Assembly (NCBI GenBank): GCA_947085935.1
Contig: CAMTYE010000010.1
Span: 6,907 to 70,906, forward strand
Direction of reading: 5' to 3'
DNA: 64,000 nucleotides
Source: an uncultured Actinomycetes bacterium
Lineage (GTDB): Bacteria; Actinomycetota; Coriobacteriia; Anaerosomatales; CAMTYE01
In this document: positions 47,479 through 56,390 of the stretch, piece by piece
How the letters are laid out: each line of letters begins with the position of its first letter
Position numbering within the stretch: the stretch's first letter is position 1
The notes under the pieces: model-generated
Told to the model about the DNA's origin: nothing
Database searches by the model: none
What the model saw: the letters and a program-made list of their open reading frames with translations, nothing else
Made by a program: the position numbers and the translations under genes

Positions 47479-48177
47479 CTATCCCGCTGCGCGCGCCGCC
47501 TTGGCCGCCTCTATGCGACCGGCGAGCCACTCGGCCCATTCGTCCACTCCGAGACCCTTCGTGGCGCTGATCGGGAAGATCGGTGTGCCGGGATTGAGGG
47601 ACTTCACGACGCCACGGAACTCGTCCTCATTGAAATCGAACACGCTCATCGTGTCGTACTTGTTGAGAATCACAGCCTCGGCCAGAGCGAAGATGTTCGG
47701 GTACTTGTAGGGCTTGTCGTGGCCCTCGGGTACCGACAGGATCATCACCTTGGCGTCCTCGCCAAGGTAGAACTCGGTCGGACAGACGAGGTTGCCCACG
47801 TTCTCGATGATGATGAGGTCCAGCTCGGTCAGATCCAGTGCATTGATCGCACGCTGGATCATGTCTGACTCGAGATGGCATGCGCCACCCGTGTTGATCT
47901 GGACCGCCGGGATTCCGTGGGCACTGATCTTCTCGGCGTCGACGCTGCTCGCGATGTCACCTTCGATGACCGCGATGCGGTAGCGCTCGCGCAGCGCGGC
48001 GATGGTCGCCAGGATGGTCGACGTCTTGCCGGCGCCGGGGCTCGCCATCAGGTCGAGCACGAAGACGTCGTTCTCCACGAAGCGCTCACGGTTCTCCGCA
48101 GCCAGACGCTCGTTGCGGTCCAGGATCGGCCTGCTGATGTCTATCTCCACCGGATGCTCCCTACTCGTCCGCGGCAT
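47479..48177 (-). CDS. hypB: Hydrogenase/urease-type nickel-incorporation GTPase HypB
   Basis: SPGAGKTS P-loop, CH motif (GGACHLE), ENVGNLVCP and NKYD. No His-rich N-terminal stretch. Confidence 0.9.
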   Translation of the reverse strand: MPRTSREHPVEIDISRPILDRNERLAAENRERFVENDVFVLDLMASPGAGKTSTILATIAALRERYRIAVIEGDIASSVDAEKISAHGIPAVQINTGGACHLESDMIQRAINALDLTELDLIIIENVGNLVCPTEFYLGEDAKVMILSVPEGHDKPYKYPNIFALAEAVILNKYDTMSVFDFNEDEFRGVVKSLNPGTPIFPISATKGLGVDEWAEWLAGRIEAAKAARAAG

Positions 48178-48556
48178 CGCCGTGCGCCGTCGCGTCTTCC
48201 GACGCGTCTTCCGGCGTGTCTATGTCTATGGCGTCGATGTTCATCTCGCGTCCCCGGATCAACTCGCACAGGAAGTTCTCACACTTCGGGCAGATGATCT
48301 CAAAGCGGCCATGCTCGAACTCCGTGCCGCATTGGCCACAGCGCGACTTCGCGCCCAGATGCGAGACCGTGAGCCGTCCGCCCTCGGCAAGGGTGTCCGG
48401 GGACAGCGACTCGAACGCGAACTGAAGGGCGAACTCCTGGATCTCCGTGAGCTCGCCGATCGTGATCTTGATCTCCTTGATGCGGGTGGCCCCGGCCTTC
48501 TCGGCCGCCTCGATCGACGCGGCCAGAATGCCCTGGACGATTCCCATCTCGTGCAT
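48161..48556 (-). CDS. hypA: Nickel insertion metallochaperone HypA with an acidic C-terminal tail
   Basis: MHEMGI N-terminus (MHE nickel site) and a CGQCG...CPKC zinc site. It overlaps hypB by 17 nt. Confidence 0.88.
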   Translation of the reverse strand: MHEMGIVQGILAASIEAAEKAGATRIKEIKITIGELTEIQEFALQFAFESLSPDTLAEGGRLTVSHLGAKSRCGQCGTEFEHGRFEIICPKCENFLCELIRGREMNIDAIDIDTPEDASEDATAHGDAADE

Positions 48557-48574
48557 GCGCGCGCAGCTCCCGTG

Positions 48575-49327
48575 CTAGTAGTCGAGTTCCTTCTGGGCCT
48601 TGATGCGCTTCGCAAGCAACACTCTGGCGAGAAGCAGACTCGCCTCGTAGAGCAGGAGAAGTGCGCCGAAGAGCAGGCCCATGGTCACCGGCGACCAGTC
48701 GGGCGTGGCGACCGAAGCCAGGATCATCATGCCCACGTAGGCGATTCGCCAGTTCTTGCGGAGCTTGCCGTACGGCACGATGTTGAAGATGACGAGATAG
48801 AAGACGACGACCGGCAGCTGGAACCCGAGACCGAACGCCAGGACGAGCAGAACGGCCCCCTGGAAGTACTTGCCGGCATCGGGGATCACCTGGATGCTCT
48901 CGGATGTCTGCGACAGAATCCACCGGAACGCCGTTCCGAGAACGACCGTATGGCAGAAGTACACACCGACCGCGAAGAGCACGACCATGGCAAGGAACGT
49001 GGGAATGACCCACTTGCGCTCCTTGGGCTTCAGCGCCGGCAGGAAGAACGCCATGACCTGCCAGATGATCACCGGGCTGCCCAGGATGATCGTCCCGTAG
49101 AGCGCGACCTTGAACTTGAGCGTGAACGGCTCCCAGGGGTTGAGAGTGGCGGGTTCGATGCCACCCAGCTCCTTGATGATGGGCGCCATGAAGTAGTCGT
49201 ACATCTCGTAGCCCCAGTAGTACAGGCCCATCGAGCCGACCATGATGAGGATAGCGACGACCATGAGTCTCTTGCGAAGCTCGTCAAGATGCTCGAAGAA
49301 GGGCATGCGCTTGGGTGCGATGGGCAT
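48575..49327 (-). CDS. tatC: Twin-arginine translocase subunit TatC
   Basis: FFEHLDELRKRL N-terminus, six TM segments, 250 aa. Confidence 0.9.
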   Translation of the reverse strand: MPIAPKRMPFFEHLDELRKRLMVVAILIMVGSMGLYYWGYEMYDYFMAPIIKELGGIEPATLNPWEPFTLKFKVALYGTIILGSPVIIWQVMAFFLPALKPKERKWVIPTFLAMVVLFAVGVYFCHTVVLGTAFRWILSQTSESIQVIPDAGKYFQGAVLLVLAFGLGFQLPVVVFYLVIFNIVPYGKLRKNWRIAYVGMMILASVATPDWSPVTMGLLFGALLLLYEASLLLARVLLAKRIKAQKELDY

Positions 49328-49348
49328 GTGCGCTCGAGGAAGCCGGGG

Positions 49349-49624
49349 CTACTCCTCGTCCTCCTCTTCCTCATCATCGATGGCGGAGATGATGTTCGAC
49401 GACGACGCGGGGGCGCTGTTCGGCCCGCTGTCGGCTTCCGATGTGCGCTGCTTGGTCGGGTACATCTCCGCCCGCAGCACCGCTTCCATGTTCTCCTGGG
49501 CGCGCTTGAACTCGCGGATGAACTGCCCGATGGTACGCGCGAACTCGGGCAGCTTGTCCGGCCCGAAGATAAACAGCACGAATGCCACGATGATTACGAG
49601 TTCGGTACCACTAATGCCGAACAC
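49349..49624 (-). CDS. tatA: Twin-arginine translocase subunit TatA/E
   Basis: MFGISGTELVIIVAFVLFIFGPDKLPE, then an amphipathic helix and an acidic tail. Confidence 0.88.
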   Translation of the reverse strand: MFGISGTELVIIVAFVLFIFGPDKLPEFARTIGQFIREFKRAQENMEAVLRAEMYPTKQRTSEADSGPNSAPASSSNIISAIDDEEEEDEE

Positions 49625-49736
49625 TCAGCACTCCCGGGAATGTCGTCGACGCAACGGTCGAGCGTTTGCCGTGCGTCCGAGTCTATGGCCGCAGAGCCGA
49701 AGCCGCAAGCATACAGCATGCGGCCCCACGAGGAAC

Positions 49737-50072
49737 CTAGAAACCGCGTGCGTCCTCAACCGAGTCGAAGATGGGAAACACCTTGTCCAACCCGGTGATC
49801 CGGAAGATCTTGAGGACGTTGTCCCGATCGCAGACCAACCTGATCGACCCCGACCGCTCCTTCGCCCGGCGAAGCGCACCAACGAGCACGCCCAGGCCGG
49901 AGCTGTCGATGAAGCCGACACCCTGAAGATCGACGATGATGTTGGCAGACCCGGACTCGATCTCGCCAACGAGCTTCTCCCGCAGCCCCGGCGCTGTGTA
50001 CACGTCGACCTCACCGACGAGCTTCATGACGCAATCGCCCTCGAACTGCTCGGAGCTGATGTCGAGTTCCAT
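49737..50072 (-). CDS. STAS-domain anti-sigma-factor antagonist (SpoIIAA/RsbV-like)
   Basis: ORF 49737..50606 trimmed to ATG 50072. 111 aa. DLQGVGFIDSSGLGVLV carries the phosphorylatable Ser motif. Confidence 0.82.
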   Translation of the reverse strand: MELDISSEQFEGDCVMKLVGEVDVYTAPGLREKLVGEIESGSANIIVDLQGVGFIDSSGLGVLVGALRRAKERSGSIRLVCDRDNVLKIFRITGLDKVFPIFDSVEDARGF

Positions 50073-50114
50073 GTGGACGCGCTCGCTTCCGGTCGCTGTG
50101 TTCTGCCGAAGATG

Positions 50115-50143
50115 ATTGTAGCGTGGAGGCTCCACCCACTCAA
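50115..50143 (-). promoter_or_regulatory. Sigma70-like promoter for the minus-strand STAS gene, with a palindrome in the spacer
   Basis: On the minus strand: TTGAGT, 17 nt spacer, TACAAT, about 42 nt upstream of ATG 50072. The spacer contains GTGGAG-N-CTCCAC (50123..50135). Confidence 0.45.
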
Positions 50144-50207
50144 ACCGACCGAGGCCGAGGTGTTTTGGGTAGGAAACGTTCAGAGTCGCGCGAAGAAGGG
50201 ATACTCG

Positions 50208-50558
50208 ATGGCCCTTGGCATAGATTTGTCCCAGAGTGGTTCCCGGTGGCTGCTCACGCTCACCGGCGACCTCGACTACGGTGAATGCGCGTCGTTTCGC
50301 ATGAACATAGACCGCATTCTCAAGTCGACTCCCGAATCCACCATCGTCGATCTGTCCGGTCTCGAGTACCTGGACAGCTCCGGCCTGGGGCTTCTGCTCA
50401 GTCTGTCCAAGGAGTACGGCGCCCAGGGCGGGCGCCTTGTTCTCGTGACCAACGAGACCGTCGACAACATCCTGTCCCTGACACGTCTGAACGGCATCTT
50501 CTCGACCGCTTCGACAGTGGACGAAGCACTGGCGGTCATCGGGGAACAGGCCGTCTGA
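50208..50558 (+). CDS. STAS-domain anti-sigma-factor antagonist (second, divergent copy)
   Basis: ORF 49242..50558 trimmed to ATG 50208 (AAGAAGGGA RBS). 116 aa. DLSGLEYLDSSGLGLLL motif. Confidence 0.82.
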   Translation: MALGIDLSQSGSRWLLTLTGDLDYGECASFRMNIDRILKSTPESTIVDLSGLEYLDSSGLGLLLSLSKEYGAQGGRLVLVTNETVDNILSLTRLNGIFSTASTVDEALAVIGEQAV

Positions 50559-50592
50559 GACCTGCTGCGGTCCCGGATTCGATGCATGAAAG

Positions 50593-50625
50593 AGCCCCGA
50601 CCACACCGTGGCCGGGGCTTTCGTT
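50593..50625. terminator. Intrinsic-type bidirectional terminator
   Basis: AGCCCCGACC / GGCCGGGGCT stem (10 bp, one mismatch), 7 nt loop, followed by TTCGTTCG. It lies between convergent genes. Confidence 0.55.
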
Positions 50626-50648
50626 CGTGCAATCCGGCATGCCTCGCG

Positions 50649-51299
50649 CTACGGCGTGACAGTAGCGTCGCCGGAAGCGGAGCCGAGCTCCGCGAGAATG
50701 CTCTTGGCAGCTTCGGCGCTGGCGCCTGCCGGGTCGAGTTCAAGGTAGAGGTTCAGCGACGCCACGGCATCAGCAGTGCGGCCGGCCGCCCGGTAGAAGA
50801 TCGCCCCGTTGAAGCGGGCGGGAGCGAACTCGGGCGATGCCTTGAACGTCTCCTCGATGATCCGTATGGCCTTCGCCGTATCGCCTGAGTAGTAGTGCGA
50901 GATCGCGGCATCGGTCGCAACCGCAGGGTCGCCCGGCTTGACCGCGAGCGCGCGATCATAGAACGACGCGGCGGCGACGTGTATGGGCCGGTCCTGGCCG
51001 GTCTGTCCACCGGTCTCCTGCTGAATCGCCGAAGCCCAATCGGAGTACATGTTGCCTACCGCCACAAGAACCGTGTAGCTCGTGGGGTCGCTCGCCAGTA
51101 TCGGATCGAAGGATGCCACCGACGGCGCCCACTGCGCGTTGATCTGGTCGATCTGCGTCGTGGCTGTGCTGCCTGACGTCGAGCTGTTGCCGAACAGCCC
51201 GAAGCTGCCCCACGGAACGAACGAAAGCACGAGAACGAAGGCAACGGCCGCGATTGCGAACCTCAGTGCCGGTGATGCCTTCTTCTTGTTGATCGCCAC
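50649..51299 (-). CDS. Membrane-anchored TPR-repeat protein
   Basis: GTG start, N-terminal TM segment (FAIAAVAFVLVLSFV), and TPR-like helical repeats in the C-terminal 120 aa. Confidence 0.7.
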   Translation of the reverse strand: MAINKKKASPALRFAIAAVAFVLVLSFVPWGSFGLFGNSSTSGSTATTQIDQINAQWAPSVASFDPILASDPTSYTVLVAVGNMYSDWASAIQQETGGQTGQDRPIHVAAASFYDRALAVKPGDPAVATDAAISHYYSGDTAKAIRIIEETFKASPEFAPARFNGAIFYRAAGRTADAVASLNLYLELDPAGASAEAAKSILAELGSASGDATVTP

Positions 51300-51385
51300 G
51301 AATGACCCTCCTGCCTGGACTGTGCATCTGGCGGGCCCGGAGGGACTATGCCGTCCGGGCCCGCGATAGTGTCAACGCTGAACCG

Positions 51386-51769
51386 CTACGGCGTCGTCGT
51401 CGCTTCCGGTGAATCCGTGTCGACGCCGCTGATGTCAGGGTGGCCCTGGGGCAGACCCTGATCGATCTGGTCGGGGCTGAGCTGAGGCGCGGGCTGAACG
51501 ACGCCGCTGTTGTTGATCGACGCCGGCGAACTCGGACCGGCGGCGCCTGCGGGAATGAGCACGCCGATGAGAATGCCGGCGAGCAGGCAGACAACGCCGA
51601 TCATGACCGCCACCATCATGGTGACGCTCTGCGCCATCAAGGGAGCGGCGTTCGCGCTTGCACCGGTGGTGGCACGAGCGGGCGCAGGGGCGGCGGAACG
51701 TACGGGCTTCTCGGCTGCCGGGGTGGCCGGCTTCTCGTCTTCGTCGAAGAAGAAGTCCTGGTCGCTCAC
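51386..51769 (-). CDS. Single-pass membrane protein, acidic N-terminus, Pro-rich exterior (unknown function)
   Basis: ORF 51386..51814 trimmed to GTG 51769, which is preceded by AAGGAGGA at 9 nt. Contains a central hydrophobic helix. Confidence 0.55.
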   Translation of the reverse strand: MSDQDFFFDEDEKPATPAAEKPVRSAAPAPARATTGASANAAPLMAQSVTMMVAVMIGVVCLLAGILIGVLIPAGAAGPSSPASINNSGVVQPAPQLSPDQIDQGLPQGHPDISGVDTDSPEATTTP

Positions 51770-51810
51770 TTTGTTACGTCCTCCTTGATCGGGGGGTATC
51801 GGTACGGGAC

Positions 51811-52263
51811 TCACGCGCCGTGTTCATCGGCACGGCATTTGGCCGCGGCGATTATAGCACGGACCTGCACGGGATACGCTTGTTCGGCGCGGGGGCCGTG
51901 TCCGTGCGAACGCAGGGTGTAAACAGCCACGGCGCTCGCCACGAGACCGGTGATGGCGCCCGTCGCGTCGGGAGCGATCCCGAACACGGAGCCAAGCAAG
52001 TAACCCGCCAGGTAGCCGAGGAACAGAGAAAGCACCGGTACGACGAACACCCGGACCTGGGCTGAGCGGCGCACGGCCGCGCTGGTCTCGATCTCAACCA
52101 CGTCTCCAAGGCGTGCCCCGAGGGGGTCTGAGACCCCCTGCGCCACCCGTTGGCCGGAGGCGTCCTGCGTGCACGCCCCGCACTCCGAGCACTCCTTGGG
52201 ATGCTCGATGCTCACATCGACCACGCCCGGCCCCACCGCCACGACCACACCACGCTCGCGCAT
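51811..52263 (-). CDS. rseC: RseC/MucC-family (SoxR-reducing system) membrane protein
   Basis: N-terminal beta domain with CSECGAC and LGDVVEI, followed by two TM helices. 150 aa. Confidence 0.8.
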   Translation of the reverse strand: MRERGVVVAVGPGVVDVSIEHPKECSECGACTQDASGQRVAQGVSDPLGARLGDVVEIETSAAVRRSAQVRVFVVPVLSLFLGYLAGYLLGSVFGIAPDATGAITGLVASAVAVYTLRSHGHGPRAEQAYPVQVRAIIAAAKCRADEHGA

Positions 52264-53610
52264 CTACGTACGCAGCTTGATGCGCATCTCCTCGACACGT
52301 GCGACGATGCGCGCGTGGTCGAGGGTCGCCCACGCGCCCTCGTCGAACAGGATCCTGCCGCCGACCATCGTGAAGACGACGTTGTCCTGGTTCGCGGCGT
52401 GCACGAGTGCGCTATACGGATACGACGTGGGCAGGTTATGGCTGTGAGAGAGATCGACGGCGACGATGTCAGCTTGCTTGCCCGGCTCCAACGATCCCGC
52501 GATGTCGTCGATCTGCAGGGCGCGAGCCGCATCGAGGGTTGCCAGCTTCACGAACTTGCGCGCGACGTGGAACTGCTGGTGCGCGTCGACCGCGCGCTGA
52601 ACCAGAAGCCCGATCCGCATCTCGTCGAACATGTCCATCGTGTTGTTCGAGGCCGGCGAATCCGTCCCGATGCCCACGCGGATGCCGCGATAGAGCATCT
52701 TGCGAACCGGGGCTACGCCCATGCCGAGCTTGGCATTGCAGCGCGGGCAGAATGCGACCGCGACATCGTGGCCGGCCAGCACGTCGATGTCGGCGTCGTC
52801 GACCTGGGTGCAGTGGACCGCCAGCAGACTCGGCACATCGAGAAGCCCCCACTGAAGGACGTACTGTACGGGACTGACGCCCGTGGGCAGCCATGGGACA
52901 TCGTCGCCGAAGCGCGTTCGGTACTCGACGCCCAGTGCCGAGCTACCGTACTTGACGAAATCGTGTTCTTCCTTCGATCCCGCCAGGTGGGTCGAGACCG
53001 GGAGCCCCTGCTCCATCGCCAGGCTCGCGACCCGGCGGAACAGCTCCGGGTGGCACGTGTACGGTGAATGCGGCGCGATTCCGATGGTGACGAGGGCGGG
53101 GTCCGTCATCTCACGCCAGGCCCGCATGTCCTCGGCGGCGCGCTCCATGACCTCGTCGACGCTCGCCTTCGACATCGTCGAGACTTCGCGGTAGACGAAC
53201 GCCCGCATGCCGGACTGAGCGACAGCCCGCGCTGAGGCGCCGGTCTCTGTCATGTCCGCGACCGTCGTGATACCCGAGCGCAGTGCCTCCATCGCGCCGA
53301 GCAGCGCCGAATCCTCCCAGTCCTGGGGGGTGAAGCGGTCCTCCATCTCCATGAGCTGCAGCTTCCACTGCGCGTAGGGCAGATCGTCGACAAGCCCGCG
53401 CAGCGCAGAGAACTCGAGATGGGTGTGCAGATCGACGAATCCCGGAATGATCGCGGCCAGACCGAAGTCACGAACCGGCTCGTCGGGATGCAGGGCCTTG
53501 AGCGCAGCCAGCTCGCCGATCTCGACGATTCTGTCATCGCGTACGAGCACGGCGCCGTGCTCGATGTGCGGCGTGGCTACCGGAAGGACGTATCGAGCGG
53601 CGAGGAGCAT
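52264..53610 (-). CDS. Amidohydrolase-superfamily deaminase (MtaD / aminodeoxyfutalosine deaminase-like)
   Basis: IIPGFVDLHTHLEFS metal motif, later HLAGS, HCTQV and a GTDS-type motif. 448 aa. The substrate cannot be assigned from sequence alone. Confidence 0.75.
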   Translation of the reverse strand: MLLAARYVLPVATPHIEHGAVLVRDDRIVEIGELAALKALHPDEPVRDFGLAAIIPGFVDLHTHLEFSALRGLVDDLPYAQWKLQLMEMEDRFTPQDWEDSALLGAMEALRSGITTVADMTETGASARAVAQSGMRAFVYREVSTMSKASVDEVMERAAEDMRAWREMTDPALVTIGIAPHSPYTCHPELFRRVASLAMEQGLPVSTHLAGSKEEHDFVKYGSSALGVEYRTRFGDDVPWLPTGVSPVQYVLQWGLLDVPSLLAVHCTQVDDADIDVLAGHDVAVAFCPRCNAKLGMGVAPVRKMLYRGIRVGIGTDSPASNNTMDMFDEMRIGLLVQRAVDAHQQFHVARKFVKLATLDAARALQIDDIAGSLEPGKQADIVAVDLSHSHNLPTSYPYSALVHAANQDNVVFTMVGGRILFDEGAWATLDHARIVARVEEMRIKLRT

Positions 53611-53689
53611 CTCATGCCTCCTGGTCGGGAGCGGTGAGACCTATCTTACCGCAGGCGGAGAGCATAGCGACCTCCGGACACGAGCGGCG

Positions 53690-54433
53690 CTACCTGACGG
53701 CTGTGTGGATCGCGACGATCCCCCCGCTGTGGTTCTCCCACGATATCGCGGAGAAGCCCGTCGCCCTCAGCTCCGCCGCCAGCTCGGGCTGCGTCGGAAA
53801 ACGGCGAATCGAGTCGTTCAGATACTGGAAGGAGGGTCGATCGCCACCCGACAGCAACGAGCCGATGGTCGGTATCACGTGATGCAGGTACGTGTGGTAG
53901 GCGAAGCGCCACGGCCCGAAGGGTGGACGCGAAAACTCGAGGATGACATAGCGACCACGAGGCTTGAGCACCCTTAGAACCTCGCCGAAGTTGGCGCTTC
54001 GATCAGGGAGGTTGCGCACGCCGAACGCGACGGTGACCACGTCGAACGAGGCGTCGGGGAACGGGAGTGACTGAGCGTCGGCCACCGAGAATTCGATCCG
54101 CGTGCGCCCCTTGACGCGCCCGGCCTTGCGGCGGGCAACCTCGAGCATCTCAGGCGAGAAGTCGGTTCCCGCGACGTACTCGGCCAGACCCTCGCGAGCC
54201 AGGGCGATCGCAAGATCTCCTGTGCCCGCGCACAGGTCGAGTACGCGCACGCCGGGAGAGAGCCGGGCCGCGCGGACGGCCGCCGAGCGCCAGAGCCGAT
54301 CGACTCCCAGACTCGACAGCAGATTGAACGTATCGTAGCTGCCGGCGATGCGCCCGAAGATGCCGCGCACGCGCTCTGTGGTGGCCTCGCCCGGAGCCGA
54401 CGTGCCCTCGCGCTCCGTGCTCTGGTCGGTCAT
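53690..54433 (-). CDS. menG: Demethylmenaquinone/ubiquinone C-methyltransferase (UbiE/MenG family)
   Basis: ORF trimmed to the ATG at 54433, which shares one base with the upstream TAA stop. YDTFNLLSSLGVDRLWR, VLDLCAGTGD and FGVRN motifs are typical of UbiE/MenG. Confidence 0.85.
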   Translation of the reverse strand: MTDQSTEREGTSAPGEATTERVRGIFGRIAGSYDTFNLLSSLGVDRLWRSAAVRAARLSPGVRVLDLCAGTGDLAIALAREGLAEYVAGTDFSPEMLEVARRKAGRVKGRTRIEFSVADAQSLPFPDASFDVVTVAFGVRNLPDRSANFGEVLRVLKPRGRYVILEFSRPPFGPWRFAYHTYLHHVIPTIGSLLSGGDRPSFQYLNDSIRRFPTQPELAAELRATGFSAISWENHSGGIVAIHTAVR

Positions 54434-56214
54434 TACGCCTCCGGAGTCTCGACTACTACGTTCCGCGGCAGCACGCGCCGCAGATTGAACAGAGTAGCGA
54501 GATTCTCCTTGACCCACAACACGAGCACCGCCCACACGTGCCGCCAGCTCGCGTACGCCGGCCAGTTCAGTTCGCTCTTCTCGCAGACCGTGGACTCCGA
54601 AAGCCGGTCGAACTCGTGCTTGAGCGATGCGAGTTTGCGATCGCGCACGGCCGGGGCCTCACCCATGATGGCGTCGATCCGGTTCATAGCGGCCCGGGCC
54701 TGAACGATGCGCTGCTCGGTCACGGCCGCCACGCCCGGTTCGACGATGCCGAGGCGCCCCTTGAGCGCGTTCAGTCGCAGGCCGACCTCGTAGGTCGCGT
54801 CCACCATGGCATCGGGACCCATCGAGTGGCTCTCGTAGTTCATGATGTGTTTCCACGAGGGCTGCACGAGCAGCTGGCGGTGTTCCTCGAGCGTTGTGGC
54901 GCGGCGGGTGTACCCGAAACGCGCCGGATCGTCGAAGGCCATCGAGCCCGGATCGAGAAACGGCGCCATCGGTGATGAGAACGCCAGCAGCCGTTTGTCA
55001 TTGTGGACCTTCGCGTACAACGTCTCGATATAGGCGGCGGTATCGACCACCGACTCGGCGGTCTGCGTAGGAAGTCCGGACATGAAGTAGAGGTCGAATC
55101 GCGAGCACCCGTTGCGGAGCGCGGCCTGGATCGAAGTCTCCAGCTGCTCTGTCGTGTAGTGGTGCTTGCCGAAGGCGGTGCGCACCGCGTCATCGTGGCT
55201 TTCGGCGCTTATCTCGACCGAGTAGTCGTTGAGATGCTCGTTGAGGAACTCGTAGAACTCCTCGGCGGGGGGCTTGAAGAACTCGAAGCCGATGGGGTTG
55301 CGCAGGTTGATGCGCTGCAGGCCGCGGATGAACGTGCCCACGTAGTCGCGCCCGGCCTGCAGGAAGTCGTTGAGGACGAAGATGGGGCCCGGGATGTACT
55401 TCTGGATGTGCTCGATGTCGCGGACCAGGAGCTCGGGATCGCGGAATGCGACCTTGCGACGGCCGAAGTGCTCGCGGAACGAGTAAGCGCTGCCTCCGCA
55501 GGTCACGCAGTTGTGCGTGCATCCCCGGCAGGTGAGCGAGGCGCAGACCGGGTACTGCAGCCAGTCCTTGAATGGGACGAATCCCATCATGTCGCGGTAC
55601 CTGATGACCGCCTTCATGTTGAACGAGTAGTCGAGCGAGATGTCGTTCATGTCGTCGGGCACCCACTCCATCGGGTTGGCGACGACCGAGCCGTCCCGCG
55701 TCGTGTAGGTGAGGTTCGGGATGTCGTCCACGCGCCCTTGCGCGCGCAGGGCGAACATCAGCCGCGTCATGGGCTCCTCGGTGGAATCCCCGCGCACCAC
55801 GTAGTCGACGCAGGGGTAGCTCGCGAGCTCCTCGTGGAAGTAGCTCGAAGACAGGCCGCCGAAGATGACCGGGGTATCAGGATGGTACTTCTTGCAGATC
55901 TTCGCGATCTCGATCGATCCGTGCGCGTGGGGCAGCCAGTGCAGGTCGATGCCGAAGGCGACCGGGTTCATGTCGCGAATGGCGGCCTCGACGTCGAAGT
56001 CCTTGCGGTTGAGCATGAGGACGGCGAGGTTGACGATGCGCACCTTCAGGCCGAACCGCTCCATGTACTCGGCCATCGTCGTGAAACCGAGGGGATACAT
56101 CTCGAACGCCGGAGTCGACGGCACCATGTCCGACACTGGTCCGAACATGATCGAGCGCTCACGGAAGTCATACACGCTGGGAGCGTGCAGCAGAACGAGG
56201 TCGATTCTCGACAT
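54433..56214 (-). CDS. B12-binding-domain radical SAM protein (substrate unknown)
   Basis: N-terminal cobalamin-binding-like Rossmann region (VLLHAP...GIDLHW...VIFGG). Radical SAM CxxxCxxC at CTHNCVTC. 593 aa. Confidence 0.82.
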   Translation of the reverse strand: MSRIDLVLLHAPSVYDFRERSIMFGPVSDMVPSTPAFEMYPLGFTTMAEYMERFGLKVRIVNLAVLMLNRKDFDVEAAIRDMNPVAFGIDLHWLPHAHGSIEIAKICKKYHPDTPVIFGGLSSSYFHEELASYPCVDYVVRGDSTEEPMTRLMFALRAQGRVDDIPNLTYTTRDGSVVANPMEWVPDDMNDISLDYSFNMKAVIRYRDMMGFVPFKDWLQYPVCASLTCRGCTHNCVTCGGSAYSFREHFGRRKVAFRDPELLVRDIEHIQKYIPGPIFVLNDFLQAGRDYVGTFIRGLQRINLRNPIGFEFFKPPAEEFYEFLNEHLNDYSVEISAESHDDAVRTAFGKHHYTTEQLETSIQAALRNGCSRFDLYFMSGLPTQTAESVVDTAAYIETLYAKVHNDKRLLAFSSPMAPFLDPGSMAFDDPARFGYTRRATTLEEHRQLLVQPSWKHIMNYESHSMGPDAMVDATYEVGLRLNALKGRLGIVEPGVAAVTEQRIVQARAAMNRIDAIMGEAPAVRDRKLASLKHEFDRLSESTVCEKSELNWPAYASWRHVWAVLVLWVKENLATLFNLRRVLPRNVVVETPEA

Positions 56215-56390
56215 CGCGAAGCCCAGGCCCTTCTTGGGTCAGATGCGCGCGCCCCCGGCAGGACGCCCCCCCACACCGGCATGCGTAGGGGGGTGGCATG
56301 TTGGGCGGAGTATAGCATGCGACCCGGGCCAACGGCCCGCCGAAGGTCGACTCCAGAGCGACGCAGCAGCACGCCTATGCGCTACCATTG

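Noticed and set aside
48178-48250. Short tandem-like DNA repeats (GCGTCTTCCG x2, TGTCTA x2) near the hypA 3' end.
   Set aside because: They simply encode the Asp/Glu/Ala-rich acidic tail of HypA. They are too short and too few to be a repeat element.
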